Shown in pieces: positions 36,741 through 45,250 of a DNA stretch of 61,501 bases. This DNA comes from Deltaproteobacteria bacterium (GTDB lineage Bacteria; Desulfobacterota; Syntrophobacteria; BM002), in assembly GCA_022340745.1 (NCBI GenBank), contig JAJDNL010000197.1, positions 1-61,501 on the forward strand, in the 5' to 3' direction. Within the stretch, counting starts at the first letter, position 1, and every line of letters begins with the position of its first letter. Position numbers and translations under genes: made by a program. The notes beneath the pieces were generated by a model, which saw nothing but the letters and a program-made list of their open reading frames with translations, made no database searches and was not told where the DNA came from.

Positions 36741-36924
36741 GTCATTACGCTACGCTGTCATTATGCCTTCGGCGTCATTGATAGTCATTAGGTCACCATG
36801 CTATGCTGTCGTTTTTACCTAACCTTCCTTGTTTTGCGTTGAAACAACTTAATGACGGCCGTAAGGCCGAATGACGGGCGAAGCCTTACTGACAACGAAG
36901 CGCATCTGCGCGAAGTGTAATGAC
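36741..36924. repeat. GTCATTA/TAATGAC clustered-motif palindromic element, copy 2
   Basis: The arms are near-identical to 1-182 in the same orientation. The centre is divergent. Confidence 0.85.
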
Positions 36925-36951
36925 TTGAATGTGGCTTTGAAAGAGAGCGGG

Positions 36952-37719
36952 ATGCAGGAAAAGGAGCTTCTCCTGATAGGCACGGTGCATCGCGATCCGG
37001 ATGGCGCAGCCAAGCTGAGAAAACTGCTTGCCGAGAAGCGCCCCGTGGCAGTGGCGATTGAAGTTAGCCCCTACGGACTCTTTTACCGACGCAGAAACGG
37101 CCGCCGCTTGCTACGGCGTCTGATGAAAACAGTAACGCGTCTGGCTGAAAACCTACAGGTTTCCTGGCAAAGCTGGGGTCAAATCCACGCCATCCGAGCT
37201 CAAATCCAGCTACCTTTTGAGTACCGCACCGCCCTGAGCTACTGTCGAGATACTGGCGCTGCGCTTTCTTGCATCGACTCCTCGACCTGGAGCAAACGAT
37301 GGATCGATGATCATTGGTGCCATTTGCTGAGCCGCGAGAATCTGGAAATACTGCTGGCAGAACGCCCGCAAGATCAGAAACAAGAGGTCGACAGGGGCTA
37401 CAAGATGGCCACTCTTCTTTTGCGCTCCCGGGAGGAACCGTTCGTTCCTGCGGTCGCACAAATCTGGTCAGCCGATCTCCACTGGCAGCAGAGAGAGAAT
37501 GACTTAGCACAGACGTTAGAAGAATTGTATGCTGCGGTGGCAAAGGGTCGACTGGCATATGTTGGTGGCTGGCAACATATGCTTGGCCCCAACGCAGGTG
37601 GTACCCTTTATGAGCGTCTGGAGCATCTGCAGCCGAGGAGGGTGTTGTTGGATGAGGGGGAAGCATGGGCAGGAGAGAAACGACACGGAGACGCGGAGAA
37701 ACGGCGAGACGGAGATTAG
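36952..37719 (+). CDS. TraB/GumN-like family protein (tentative)
   Basis: LLLIGTVHRDPDG...PVAVAIEVS, CIDSS and C-terminal YVGGWQHMLG resemble the TraB/GumN pattern. The ATG at 36871 lies inside the repeat, so ATG 36952 is preferred. The last ~12 codons are encoded by stutter repeat. Confidence 0.45.
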   Translation: MQEKELLLIGTVHRDPDGAAKLRKLLAEKRPVAVAIEVSPYGLFYRRRNGRRLLRRLMKTVTRLAENLQVSWQSWGQIHAIRAQIQLPFEYRTALSYCRDTGAALSCIDSSTWSKRWIDDHWCHLLSRENLEILLAERPQDQKQEVDRGYKMATLLLRSREEPFVPAVAQIWSADLHWQQRENDLAQTLEELYAAVAKGRLAYVGGWQHMLGPNAGGTLYERLEHLQPRRVLLDEGEAWAGEKRHGDAEKRRDGD

Positions 37720-37880
37720 AGGTCAGAAGTCAGACGACAGAGGACAGACGACAGAAATTCTTATGTGGGAGCGGCTTTTAGCCGCGATCAAGCGATTTCA
37801 TAACCTTTAACGCCTTCAACGAATCAACTAATTCTCTAATTCTCTAATCAACTAATTTCGGATTTCGGATTTAGATGTTC
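37683..37880. repeat. Stutter tracts (GGAGACG/CGGCGAG)n-(GTCAGAN/GACAGAN)6 ... REP-like TGTGGGAGCGGCTTTTAGCCGCGAT ... (CTAATTCT)n-(TTTCGGA)n
   Basis: Read directly. The tract starts inside the preceding CDS. Confidence 0.7.
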
Positions 37881-37957
37881 AAATTTGATATTCTGCTCAA
37901 CAAGCTTGAGTGCTTTGTGGTAGTAATCGCATATCAACCAAGCTACAATGAACGCTG

Positions 37958-38232
37958 CCCTTGGTCGTGCTAGACGGGGAGTTAGCGGTGCCCTGTAGCC
38001 CGAAATCCGCTTATGCGGGGTTGAATCCCCCATGGAGAGTATTAGTCGGACCAATGCCTGTCTGTGGTTGGTGCTGATCGGACACTACGCAACAAACGGA
38101 TATGAACCCCGTCAGGTCCGGGAGGAAGCAGCGGTAAGTATTGCAGTTTGTGTCGTGGTCACCTCTGATCAGAGCTACAACGCAGGCGGCTTTTGGAAAA
38201 GCTAAGCCCGACGTGGGGTGCACGGCCAAGGG
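37958..38232 (+). ncRNA. ffs: Signal recognition particle RNA, long (Alu-domain-containing, Bacillus-type) form
   Basis: It has the domain IV motif GUCAGGUCCGGGAGGAAGCAGC (38111-38132) and an Alu-like GGUGCCCUGUAGCC (37987-38000). The terminal helix pairs CCCUUGGUCGUGC with GCACGGCCAAGGG. The length is 275 nt. Confidence 0.85.
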
Positions 38233-38314
38233 TTTCTTGCGCTTTAGGAGGGTAGTTGTTACCGGCGCTGGATAGAACCGAAGACTTTCTCAGAACCACA
38301 AGCGCCGAATCTAA

Positions 38315-38398
38315 GGGTTTCAGGTGTCGGGTGTCAGGTGTCAGGGAAAAGAAAAATAAAAGCCATAAGCTGAAACCTGAAACCTGAACACTGAAACC
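38315..38398. repeat. GGTTTCAG/CCTGACACC element, full copy in inverted orientation
   Basis: GGGTTTCAGGTGTCGGGTGTCAGGTGTCAGGG is followed by a loop and then GCTGAAACCTGAAACCTGAACACTGAAACC. Confidence 0.8.
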
Positions 38399-38456
38399 TT
38401 AAATATTGTGATTTGTGACTTGGAATTTCTGTTTCACCATTACTCCAATTTTTTGA

Positions 38457-39230
38457 CTATAGTTTGTCCCAGAGAGACCGCTCTTGTTCCTCTGTGAGTT
38501 CTTGCCAATTTTCGCCCCCCTCTACTAAGTTACCTTCTACTTTCCCAATCTCTAGGCAGAAACGCTCAAGGCTCTTGGTAAGCTCTTCCTCTGCCCGGAT
38601 GCCTGCGGGGAGCGTGAAGGCCACCAGCAGTAGGAGCAGTTTGCCCAAAACGGGCGCAAGCGAACGTTGATTATCTTGAGCGTTTTGCTCAAGTAGCATC
38701 GAGAAAGATTGGTGCAGTTCCGAGCGCAGAATATCTTGGTGGAGGGGCCGCCGCAGAGATCGACCCAGTCTTGAGAGGGTGCGATATGAGCGCATAAGGG
38801 CAGGAAGCGCACGAGGGATATCACAAAGGAGAACACCAAGTGATTCTTGGGGCTTTTCCTGGCGCTTAATCTCCTCCCAATTAAGTTTGACTTGCCGGGC
38901 AGAGTCTACCTCGCGATCGCCAAAGACGTGGGGATGTCTTCGTACCATTTTCTCGCCCACTCTTTGCAGTACCTGCTCCATTTGAAACTGGTCTTGTTCT
39001 CCATAGAGGTTGGCCAAGAAAATTGACATGAAGATCAGATCTCCAAGCTCTTCCGCGACCTGATCGGGAGCATGGTGATCCACCGCATCCACGAGTTCAT
39101 AGACTTCCTCGAGGAGGTAGCGTTTGATGGTAGCTGGCGTTTGCTCGCGATCCCACGGGCAGCCGTCCTCGGCTCGCAACCGGGTTATGAGATCCAGCAA
39201 CCTCTCGAATTCTTTTCCGGGTTCAGCCAT
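38457..39230 (-). CDS. mazG: Nucleoside triphosphate pyrophosphohydrolase MazG
   Basis: It has GCPWDREQT, EEVYEL and EELGDLIF motifs. Confidence 0.9.
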   Translation of the reverse strand: MAEPGKEFERLLDLITRLRAEDGCPWDREQTPATIKRYLLEEVYELVDAVDHHAPDQVAEELGDLIFMSIFLANLYGEQDQFQMEQVLQRVGEKMVRRHPHVFGDREVDSARQVKLNWEEIKRQEKPQESLGVLLCDIPRALPALMRSYRTLSRLGRSLRRPLHQDILRSELHQSFSMLLEQNAQDNQRSLAPVLGKLLLLLVAFTLPAGIRAEEELTKSLERFCLEIGKVEGNLVEGGENWQELTEEQERSLWDKL

Positions 39231-39313
39231 TCTGTATCCTAATTAAAAATACAAGTGTATCAAAAATGCGGTCAAGAAACTGAGCTTTCGTATTCATCGC
39301 GTGTTAGCGAAGT

Positions 39314-39874
39314 TCATTGCTTTATTTTCTTTTTGATTGAATCGGCTATTTGCTGTTGCTGCAGTTGACGGACGAGCAGCTTATGCCTTTTTTTATAGCG
39401 GTCTCGTAGGTCCTTGGGTGTTAATGTTACCAGGAGATAGCCAGCCCTTTGAACATGCACAGAGAAGAGAGATTCTTTCAGGAGCTTAGAGTTACCAGGG
39501 AGAAATAGGGTTAACACTGCGACCAGGACAACGGCTGCCACCATTCCTTTGAAGAGGCCGAAGGCGCCACCCAGGAGGCGGTCCGCCCATGCCATGAGCA
39601 TAGCCCGACTGAGCTTGACGAAGAGGTAACCCAGGAAGACGACAGCCAGCCACGTAGCGGCATAAATAACAATGTAACTGAGTATCTCGAGGTAAGGTGC
39701 AGACGGAAAGTGGCGCCGAAGCACTGGGAGCATCTGAAGGTACAGATGACCGGCCACCACAAAGCCAGCGAGAAGTCCCAGTAGACCGGCCACCTGTCTA
39801 ATCATACCCCGGACGAGGCCGCGAATCAGGGCTGCAGCTAGGATGGTCAGGAGTATGAAATCAAGGATGTTCAT
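39314..39874 (-). CDS. cvpA: CvpA-family membrane protein
   Basis: MNILDFILLTILAAALIRGLVRG is followed by 4 TM helices. The N-terminal 78 codons of the ORF call are repeat-derived. Confidence 0.8.
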   Translation of the reverse strand: MNILDFILLTILAAALIRGLVRGMIRQVAGLLGLLAGFVVAGHLYLQMLPVLRRHFPSAPYLEILSYIVIYAATWLAVVFLGYLFVKLSRAMLMAWADRLLGGAFGLFKGMVAAVVLVAVLTLFLPGNSKLLKESLFSVHVQRAGYLLVTLTPKDLRDRYKKRHKLLVRQLQQQQIADSIKKKIKQ

Positions 39875-39888
39875 AACTTGCCCAAAAA

Positions 39889-40102
39889 GAGTCCGTTGTC
39901 CGTCGTCCGTGGTTCGTTGTGTAGACGGAATAGCACATAGAGCATAGCGTGTATGGACGAGAAAAGCGGGAAAAGCAAAAAGTCGGCCGCTTTCCTTTCT
40001 CGTCTTGGCCCTTTCTCGCTTTAACCCAATCCATTTTGAGCTCTGCTCTTTGCGGCGAGGGCAGTGAGCTGACCACGGACCACTGACTACTGACCACGGA
40101 CT
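39889..40102. repeat. Nested stutter hairpin (outer ACGGAC-type arms, middle GCATAGA-type, inner GAGAAAAGC/GCTTTCCTTTCTC)
   Basis: The outer arms 39891-39928 and 40071-40101 match about 22/26 as an inverted repeat. Inner arm pairs were read directly. Confidence 0.7.
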
Positions 40103-40310
40103 TGACAATTGGCGTAGGAGGTATCAGATTCACTCTTTGCCGTCAAGGATAAATGGTTTTTGTTATTAAATAAACAGCAGATAAACAAATGAATGGTAGC
40201 CTCTGCTACTTGCAGGGGCGGGGAGTTTGTGTTAGATATCCAAGCTGTAAAATAGGGAAGTTTACGTGGGCACTCAGGATTGAAAATGCTTCAGCGAACA
40301 GATTTCCCGT

Positions 40311-40410
40311 AGCGACACGACTTGAGCGACTCGACCTGAGCGACTCGACCTGAGCGACTCGACCTGAGCGACACGACCTGAGCTCGTCGACAGGTCTCGT
40401 CGACAGGTCT
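40311..40410. repeat. Five tandem 14-mers (AGCGACTCGACCTG) followed by two 13-mers (CTCGTCGACAGGT)
   Basis: Read directly. It lies upstream of yjbQ. Confidence 0.9.
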
Positions 40411-40502
40411 TGCTGCAGGGAGCTTCGATGGAAGTCTCGTTTGAGACGGGAAGACCGATCCTGCGGCTGAATATTAGGGTTGAGATACGCGGACAAGCGG
40501 CC

Positions 40503-40928
40503 ATGACTGTAACAACCAGCACTGCAGAAGTTAGCACCAAGATCGGCACTGATATAGTGGACATAACAGGGCTCGTAACCCAACACTTGGCTCAAAGTGG
40601 AATTCACCACGGGGCCATGATCCTTTTTGTGCCTGGATCAACAGGGTCTCTGACCACCATCGAATACGAAAGTGGTGTAATCCAAGATCTTGCTGATGCT
40701 ATAGAGCGCTTAGTACCGCGGGAGATCCCATACGCCCACGATCAGCGGTGGGGTGACGGCAACGGTCACTCTCATGTTCGTGCCGCCCTATTAGGACCTT
40801 CTTTGCACATTCCCGTAATAGAGGGTCGGTTGAGCCTGGGTACGTGGCAACAGGTAGTGTTTATTAATTTCGACAACCGGGCGCGCCGCAGACGGTTAAT
40901 CATTCAGGTCATGGGAGAAAAGGAATAG
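40503..40928 (+). CDS. yjbQ: YjbQ/UPF0047-family protein (secondary thiamine-phosphate synthase family)
   Basis: It has [29 protein letters not shown] and GTWQQV motifs. Confidence 0.85.
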   Translation: MTVTTSTAEVSTKIGTDIVDITGLVTQHLAQSGIHHGAMILFVPGSTGSLTTIEYESGVIQDLADAIERLVPREIPYAHDQRWGDGNGHSHVRAALLGPSLHIPVIEGRLSLGTWQQVVFINFDNRARRRRLIIQVMGEKE

Positions 40929-40932
40929 AGAC

Positions 40933-41922
40933 TTGTCCGTGACGATACATGCCAGTTCACGTGGCCCTGGTGAGGTTGTACTCACCTTTGATGACAATGC
41001 TCTGCTGCTAAATCTCTGTGGGGAGCGCAATGCCAATCTGAAACTTATTGAGGAGGCTCTCCAGGCAAAACTCAACCTGCGTGGTGACCGGATTACCCTG
41101 ATTGGGACAGAGTCTGAAGTAAAGCTGGCTCAACGCGTCCTTGAGGAGCTGTACGGACTGCTCAGCGAGGGCTATCCTCTCTACCCTAGCGACGTCAACC
41201 ACGCCATTCAGATCCTCAGTGGAAATTTCAAGGCTCATCTCCGAGATATCTTCTTAGATTCAGTATACGTCACCTCCAAGAAGAGGGTTATCACCCCTAA
41301 ATCTCTGGCGCAGAAAGAATACATTGACGCCATCCGCGCCTACGATATTGTCTTTGGTATAGGTCCTGCAGGGACCGGGAAGACTTACCTCGCGATGGCA
41401 ACTGCTGTTGCGGCTCTTAACACCGGTGAAATCAACCGTGTCATCCTCGTGCGACCGGCGGTTGAAGCAGGCGAGAAGCTGGGCTTTCTTCCCGGAGACC
41501 TGGTGGAGAAGGTAAACCCCTATGTGCGACCGCTCTATGATGCCCTCCACGACATGATTGACTTCGAGCAGACGAGCACGTTACTGCAACGAGGAGTTAT
41601 TGAGGTTGCACCTTTGGCCTTCATGAGGGGCCGAACCCTCAATGATTGTTTCGTCATTCTCGATGAAGCCCAAAATACAACCTCAGAGCAGATGAAAATG
41701 TTTCTAACCCGACTGGGGATAAGCTCCAAAGCGGTGATAACAGGCGATATCACTCAGATTGATCTGCCCAACGGCACACGCTCTGGGCTCATTGAGACCG
41801 TGGAGATACTGACGGATGTCGAAGGATTGAAATTCGTCTACTTTACTGATAAAGATGTCATTCGTCATCGGTTGGTGCAAGATATCATCAAGGCATATGA
41901 GCGGGCTGAAAGAAAGAAGTGA
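40933..41922 (+). CDS. ybeZ: PhoH-like ATPase
   Basis: It has Walker [12 protein letters not shown] and Walker B ILDEAQN. It is followed by pgpH and ybeY. Confidence 0.9.
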   Translation: MSVTIHASSRGPGEVVLTFDDNALLLNLCGERNANLKLIEEALQAKLNLRGDRITLIGTESEVKLAQRVLEELYGLLSEGYPLYPSDVNHAIQILSGNFKAHLRDIFLDSVYVTSKKRVITPKSLAQKEYIDAIRAYDIVFGIGPAGTGKTYLAMATAVAALNTGEINRVILVRPAVEAGEKLGFLPGDLVEKVNPYVRPLYDALHDMIDFEQTSTLLQRGVIEVAPLAFMRGRTLNDCFVILDEAQNTTSEQMKMFLTRLGISSKAVITGDITQIDLPNGTRSGLIETVEILTDVEGLKFVYFTDKDVIRHRLVQDIIKAYERAERKK

Positions 41923-42156
41923 AGCTGAGAACAGTAAGGCGTGGATACATACACGGCTTAAGGTTTGATATATGGTAAGGTGGAAATGGCGCGCAATTTG
42001 CTTGCCCGGTATTAACATTGCGGGTCACCAAGGTGAGACGAATTGCGTTTGAGTTTACTCAGGGCTATCAATTAGGCTGACTGTACCCCGGTTGAAACCC
42101 TAGTGAGATTTTCGCCGGAGCCAAGTGATAGAGGATTTGCAGGGACCAGATAGGCT

Positions 42157-44640
42157 ATGGAGCTATTAAAAAAGAAAAGGCAGCGGGGCGCTGACAGCGC
42201 GAGACGGTCAGCAAGACGTGAACGCCGTGATACCGTCCAACCTGATGATCAAGTGAAGCCGCACCTGTGGCAGCAAGTCCTGCTTCTTGTCTGCTTTAGC
42301 ATCGTACTAGGCGTTCTGGTTTCCCCCCATTACAGTGTCCTCCCAATGAACTACCAGGTTGGAGATGTGGCGGATCGCGATATTAAGGCAGCCTACGACT
42401 TCCTGGTGACCGATGAAGCAGCCACTCAAAAGAAACGCGAGGAGGCGGGGCGTACATCTATGGCCGTCTATGACCTGGATGAAGAGACGGTCCAGAACCT
42501 TCGTGAGCGGCTGGATGCTGCTTTCACTATGATGCGCGCCATATATCAACAGCCAGCAGAAAGCAGTGGAGTAGAAAAGGGGGCGAGCGCGAAAGACAGT
42601 CGTGTCATCCATAAGTCTGCCAAACAGAAGGCACTGGAGAAAAAGAAGGATTTTGAGGCAGAGCTCGGGATAACCATCTCCGATACTGATTACGCCATCC
42701 TGGTTAAAGCGAAATTTGATCTACGTTTTGAAAACGCGGTACTAGATCTGGCAGAAAACGTTCTTGCCGGTGGTGTCGTGGGGAACAAATCTTTGTTGCT
42801 CAGCCAGATGCAAAATGGCGTAGTCCTCAGGAGCGTTCAAAAGGGAACCGAACATCAGGCCATGGATGCCCTTAGCTATCTCAGCGTCGAAGCTGCCAGG
42901 CGGCAGATGAGGCTGCGAGCGAGCGCCATATTGGAAGAAGAAAATCGCAGCGTGCGTAACGCCATGGTACATCTGGCCCAAGCACTCCTCCCACCAAACA
43001 TCACCTTCAACCGCAAAGAGACTGAACTGCGTAGACAAAAGGCTGTTGAGGCAGTAAAGTCGGTCTTTTTTCAGGTCAAGAAGGGAGAGATGATCGTCCG
43101 TGAGGGCCAAAGGCTGGGCGCAGAGCAGGTACTCAAGCTGCAGATGCAGGCCCAGGGTAAGGTCGAGCGCGGGGTGATTTTCACTATGCTTGGCACCGCT
43201 TTGCTGGGTGGGTTGCTTATCTGGCTTGCTGTGTACGTTGCTGGGAAATACATCCGTCGATTTTCAACTGAAACCAAAGACCTGCTCTTCCTAGCAGCGG
43301 TTCTCACTATACTTTTGGTGCTGACCAAACTTTCCGTAGGTGTTGCCGACGCAATCCATAGTGCTTTTCCTTTTATTAGCCAGGCGGCCATTTTTTACCT
43401 GCTGCCCATGGCCGCCGGGGCAATGCTAGTAACCATCTTTTTCGGGCCGACAATTGCCATCATATTCGCCTTCTTCCTCGCCTTGTTGGCCGCGTTGGTC
43501 CTGGACCATCAGATCAACCTCCTATTCTACTATCTGATCGGCTCCCTGGTGGGAATCCAGGGAGTGGTCGTCTGCAGAGATCGGAGCACACCTTTGCGCG
43601 CTGGGCTGACTGTGGGACTCACGAACGCCATGGTAATCCTGTTTGTTACCATTGCCTACCAAAAGGTATTGAGTACCCAGACGGGGGTGTCCTTGCTTTT
43701 TGGTGTCGCCGGAGGACTGCTCAGCGGCGTTGTCACCACCGGGTTGTGTCCTGTGGCTGAGATGGTATTCGGCTACACCACCGACGTCAAACTGCTCGAA
43801 CTGGCGAGCATGGATCAGCCTTTACTTCGAGAACTCATGGTACAGGTCCCCGGAACCTATCACCATAGTATAGTTGTGGGAAACATGGTTGAAGCGGCGG
43901 CAAAATCCATAGAGGCCAATTCATTGCTTGCCAGGGTGGCGTCCTACTACCACGACATCGGCAAGATCAAAAAGCCCCAGTATTTTGTAGAGAATCAGGC
44001 TGGTGGAGAAAACAGACACGAGCGCTTGGCTCCTTCAATGAGCAGTCTCATTCTCATTTCACACGTTAAAGACGGGGTTGAACTGGCCAAGCAGTATCGC
44101 CTAGGTCAAAGTATCCAAGACATCATACAGCAGCACCACGGCACCAGTCTCATCTCCTACTTCTATCAGAAAGCGGTTGACCTCCAAAAAAAGCAAAAAA
44201 ACAGCAAAGGGGGAGATGTGCCACAAGTGTCGGTGGAAGACTATCGTTACCCTGGGCCAAGACCGCAAACGAAGGAGGCCGGTCTGGTGTTACTGGCAGA
44301 TGCGGTGGAGGCGGCTTCTCGCACTCTGAGTGATCCCACGGCTGCCCGGATCCAGGGACTTGTCCAGAAGATTATTAATAAGATTTTTTCAGACGGCCAA
44401 CTGGACGAATGTGAGCTGACCCTCAAAGATCTGCATCAGATCGCCAAGAGCTTCATTCAGATCATCATGGGCATATCTCATCAGCGGATTGAATACCCTG
44501 AGCCTGTCGCCAAGGGTTCAGAAGGAAGAGTGCGCGCCGATGGAGATCCAGGTCACCGACCAGCAAAACGAGATCGAAACGGAACTCAAGAAGATAGAGA
44601 CGAAGGCGAGGAAGATCTTAAGCGCCTTGGCATCTTCTGA
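42157..44640 (+). CDS. pgpH: 7TM-receptor HD-GYP/HDIG phosphohydrolase (PgpH/YqfF family)
   Basis: It has an extracellular N-domain, 7 TM helices and an HD domain (HHSIVVGN, YHDIGK, HH). Confidence 0.85.
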   Translation: MELLKKKRQRGADSARRSARRERRDTVQPDDQVKPHLWQQVLLLVCFSIVLGVLVSPHYSVLPMNYQVGDVADRDIKAAYDFLVTDEAATQKKREEAGRTSMAVYDLDEETVQNLRERLDAAFTMMRAIYQQPAESSGVEKGASAKDSRVIHKSAKQKALEKKKDFEAELGITISDTDYAILVKAKFDLRFENAVLDLAENVLAGGVVGNKSLLLSQMQNGVVLRSVQKGTEHQAMDALSYLSVEAARRQMRLRASAILEEENRSVRNAMVHLAQALLPPNITFNRKETELRRQKAVEAVKSVFFQVKKGEMIVREGQRLGAEQVLKLQMQAQGKVERGVIFTMLGTALLGGLLIWLAVYVAGKYIRRFSTETKDLLFLAAVLTILLVLTKLSVGVADAIHSAFPFISQAAIFYLLPMAAGAMLVTIFFGPTIAIIFAFFLALLAALVLDHQINLLFYYLIGSLVGIQGVVVCRDRSTPLRAGLTVGLTNAMVILFVTIAYQKVLSTQTGVSLLFGVAGGLLSGVVTTGLCPVAEMVFGYTTDVKLLELASMDQPLLRELMVQVPGTYHHSIVVGNMVEAAAKSIEANSLLARVASYYHDIGKIKKPQYFVENQAGGENRHERLAPSMSSLILISHVKDGVELAKQYRLGQSIQDIIQQHHGTSLISYFYQKAVDLQKKQKNSKGGDVPQVSVEDYRYPGPRPQTKEAGLVLLADAVEAASRTLSDPTAARIQGLVQKIINKIFSDGQLDECELTLKDLHQIAKSFIQIIMGISHQRIEYPEPVAKGSEGRVRADGDPGHRPAKRDRNGTQEDRDEGEEDLKRLGIF

Positions 44641-44974
44641 GAGCGAACTCAGTATCGTGCTGGTGGACGATGAACAGATGAGTTCGCTCAACTGGGCATA
44701 TCGAGGACGCCAAGGCCCCACGAATGTTCTGGCCTTTGCCATGCGTGAAGGGGAATTTGGCGATATTTCCCCCCAACTCCTCGGTGACGTTATCATTTCT
44801 CTTCCCACAGCCCAACGGGAGGCAGACGAGGCGGGTATTTCACTCGACAGCACTATTTCCCGTCTTCTCGTTCATGGGATTCTGCACCTGGTTGGCTTTG
44901 ATCACGAAAAGGGCGAGGACTCGGCTCAAGAGATGGAACAGCGAAGCACTGAGCTGTTGGCCCAACTCGATTAA
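44540..44974 (+). CDS. ybeY: Endoribonuclease YbeY
   Basis: It has the HGILHLVGFDHE zinc motif. The only ATG that preserves the N-terminal domain is at 44540, giving a 101-nt overlap with pgpH. Confidence 0.9.
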   Translation: MEIQVTDQQNEIETELKKIETKARKILSALASSESELSIVLVDDEQMSSLNWAYRGRQGPTNVLAFAMREGEFGDISPQLLGDVIISLPTAQREADEAGISLDSTISRLLVHGILHLVGFDHEKGEDSAQEMEQRSTELLAQLD

Positions 44975-44976
44975 TA

Positions 44977-45230
44977 TCGTCCGTAGTCCGTAGTCAGTTG
45001 TCCGTGGCTTACTATTCATATAGTTATAGTCCCTTCGAACATTGTAGAGATTTTGCCTGGTGAGTCTTTGGCTGCTGATACTGAGCAGGATCAGACTATT
45101 TGGAGCCCGGAACCGGGGAAATTTATACCCAACTTTCTCTCGGGAGAATCCGGGTCGCAAATAACAAATTTTGAGTGATTAATTCACTGAATCGTTGATA
45201 CAACGGACAACGGACGACTTACAACGGACG
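44977..45230. repeat. Pair of ACGGAC-type heptamer arms (44977-45007 and 45201-45230) in inverted orientation around a 193-bp ORF-free core
   Basis: The arms match about 24/30 as an inverted repeat. Confidence 0.65.
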
Positions 45231-45250
45231 CATTGATTGGAGGTGTTAGC

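Noticed and set aside
37848-38229. ORFs 37848-38054 and 38011-38229 (reverse strand)
   Set aside because: They overlap the SRP RNA gene, which explains the conservation-like appearance. They have no RBS or motifs.
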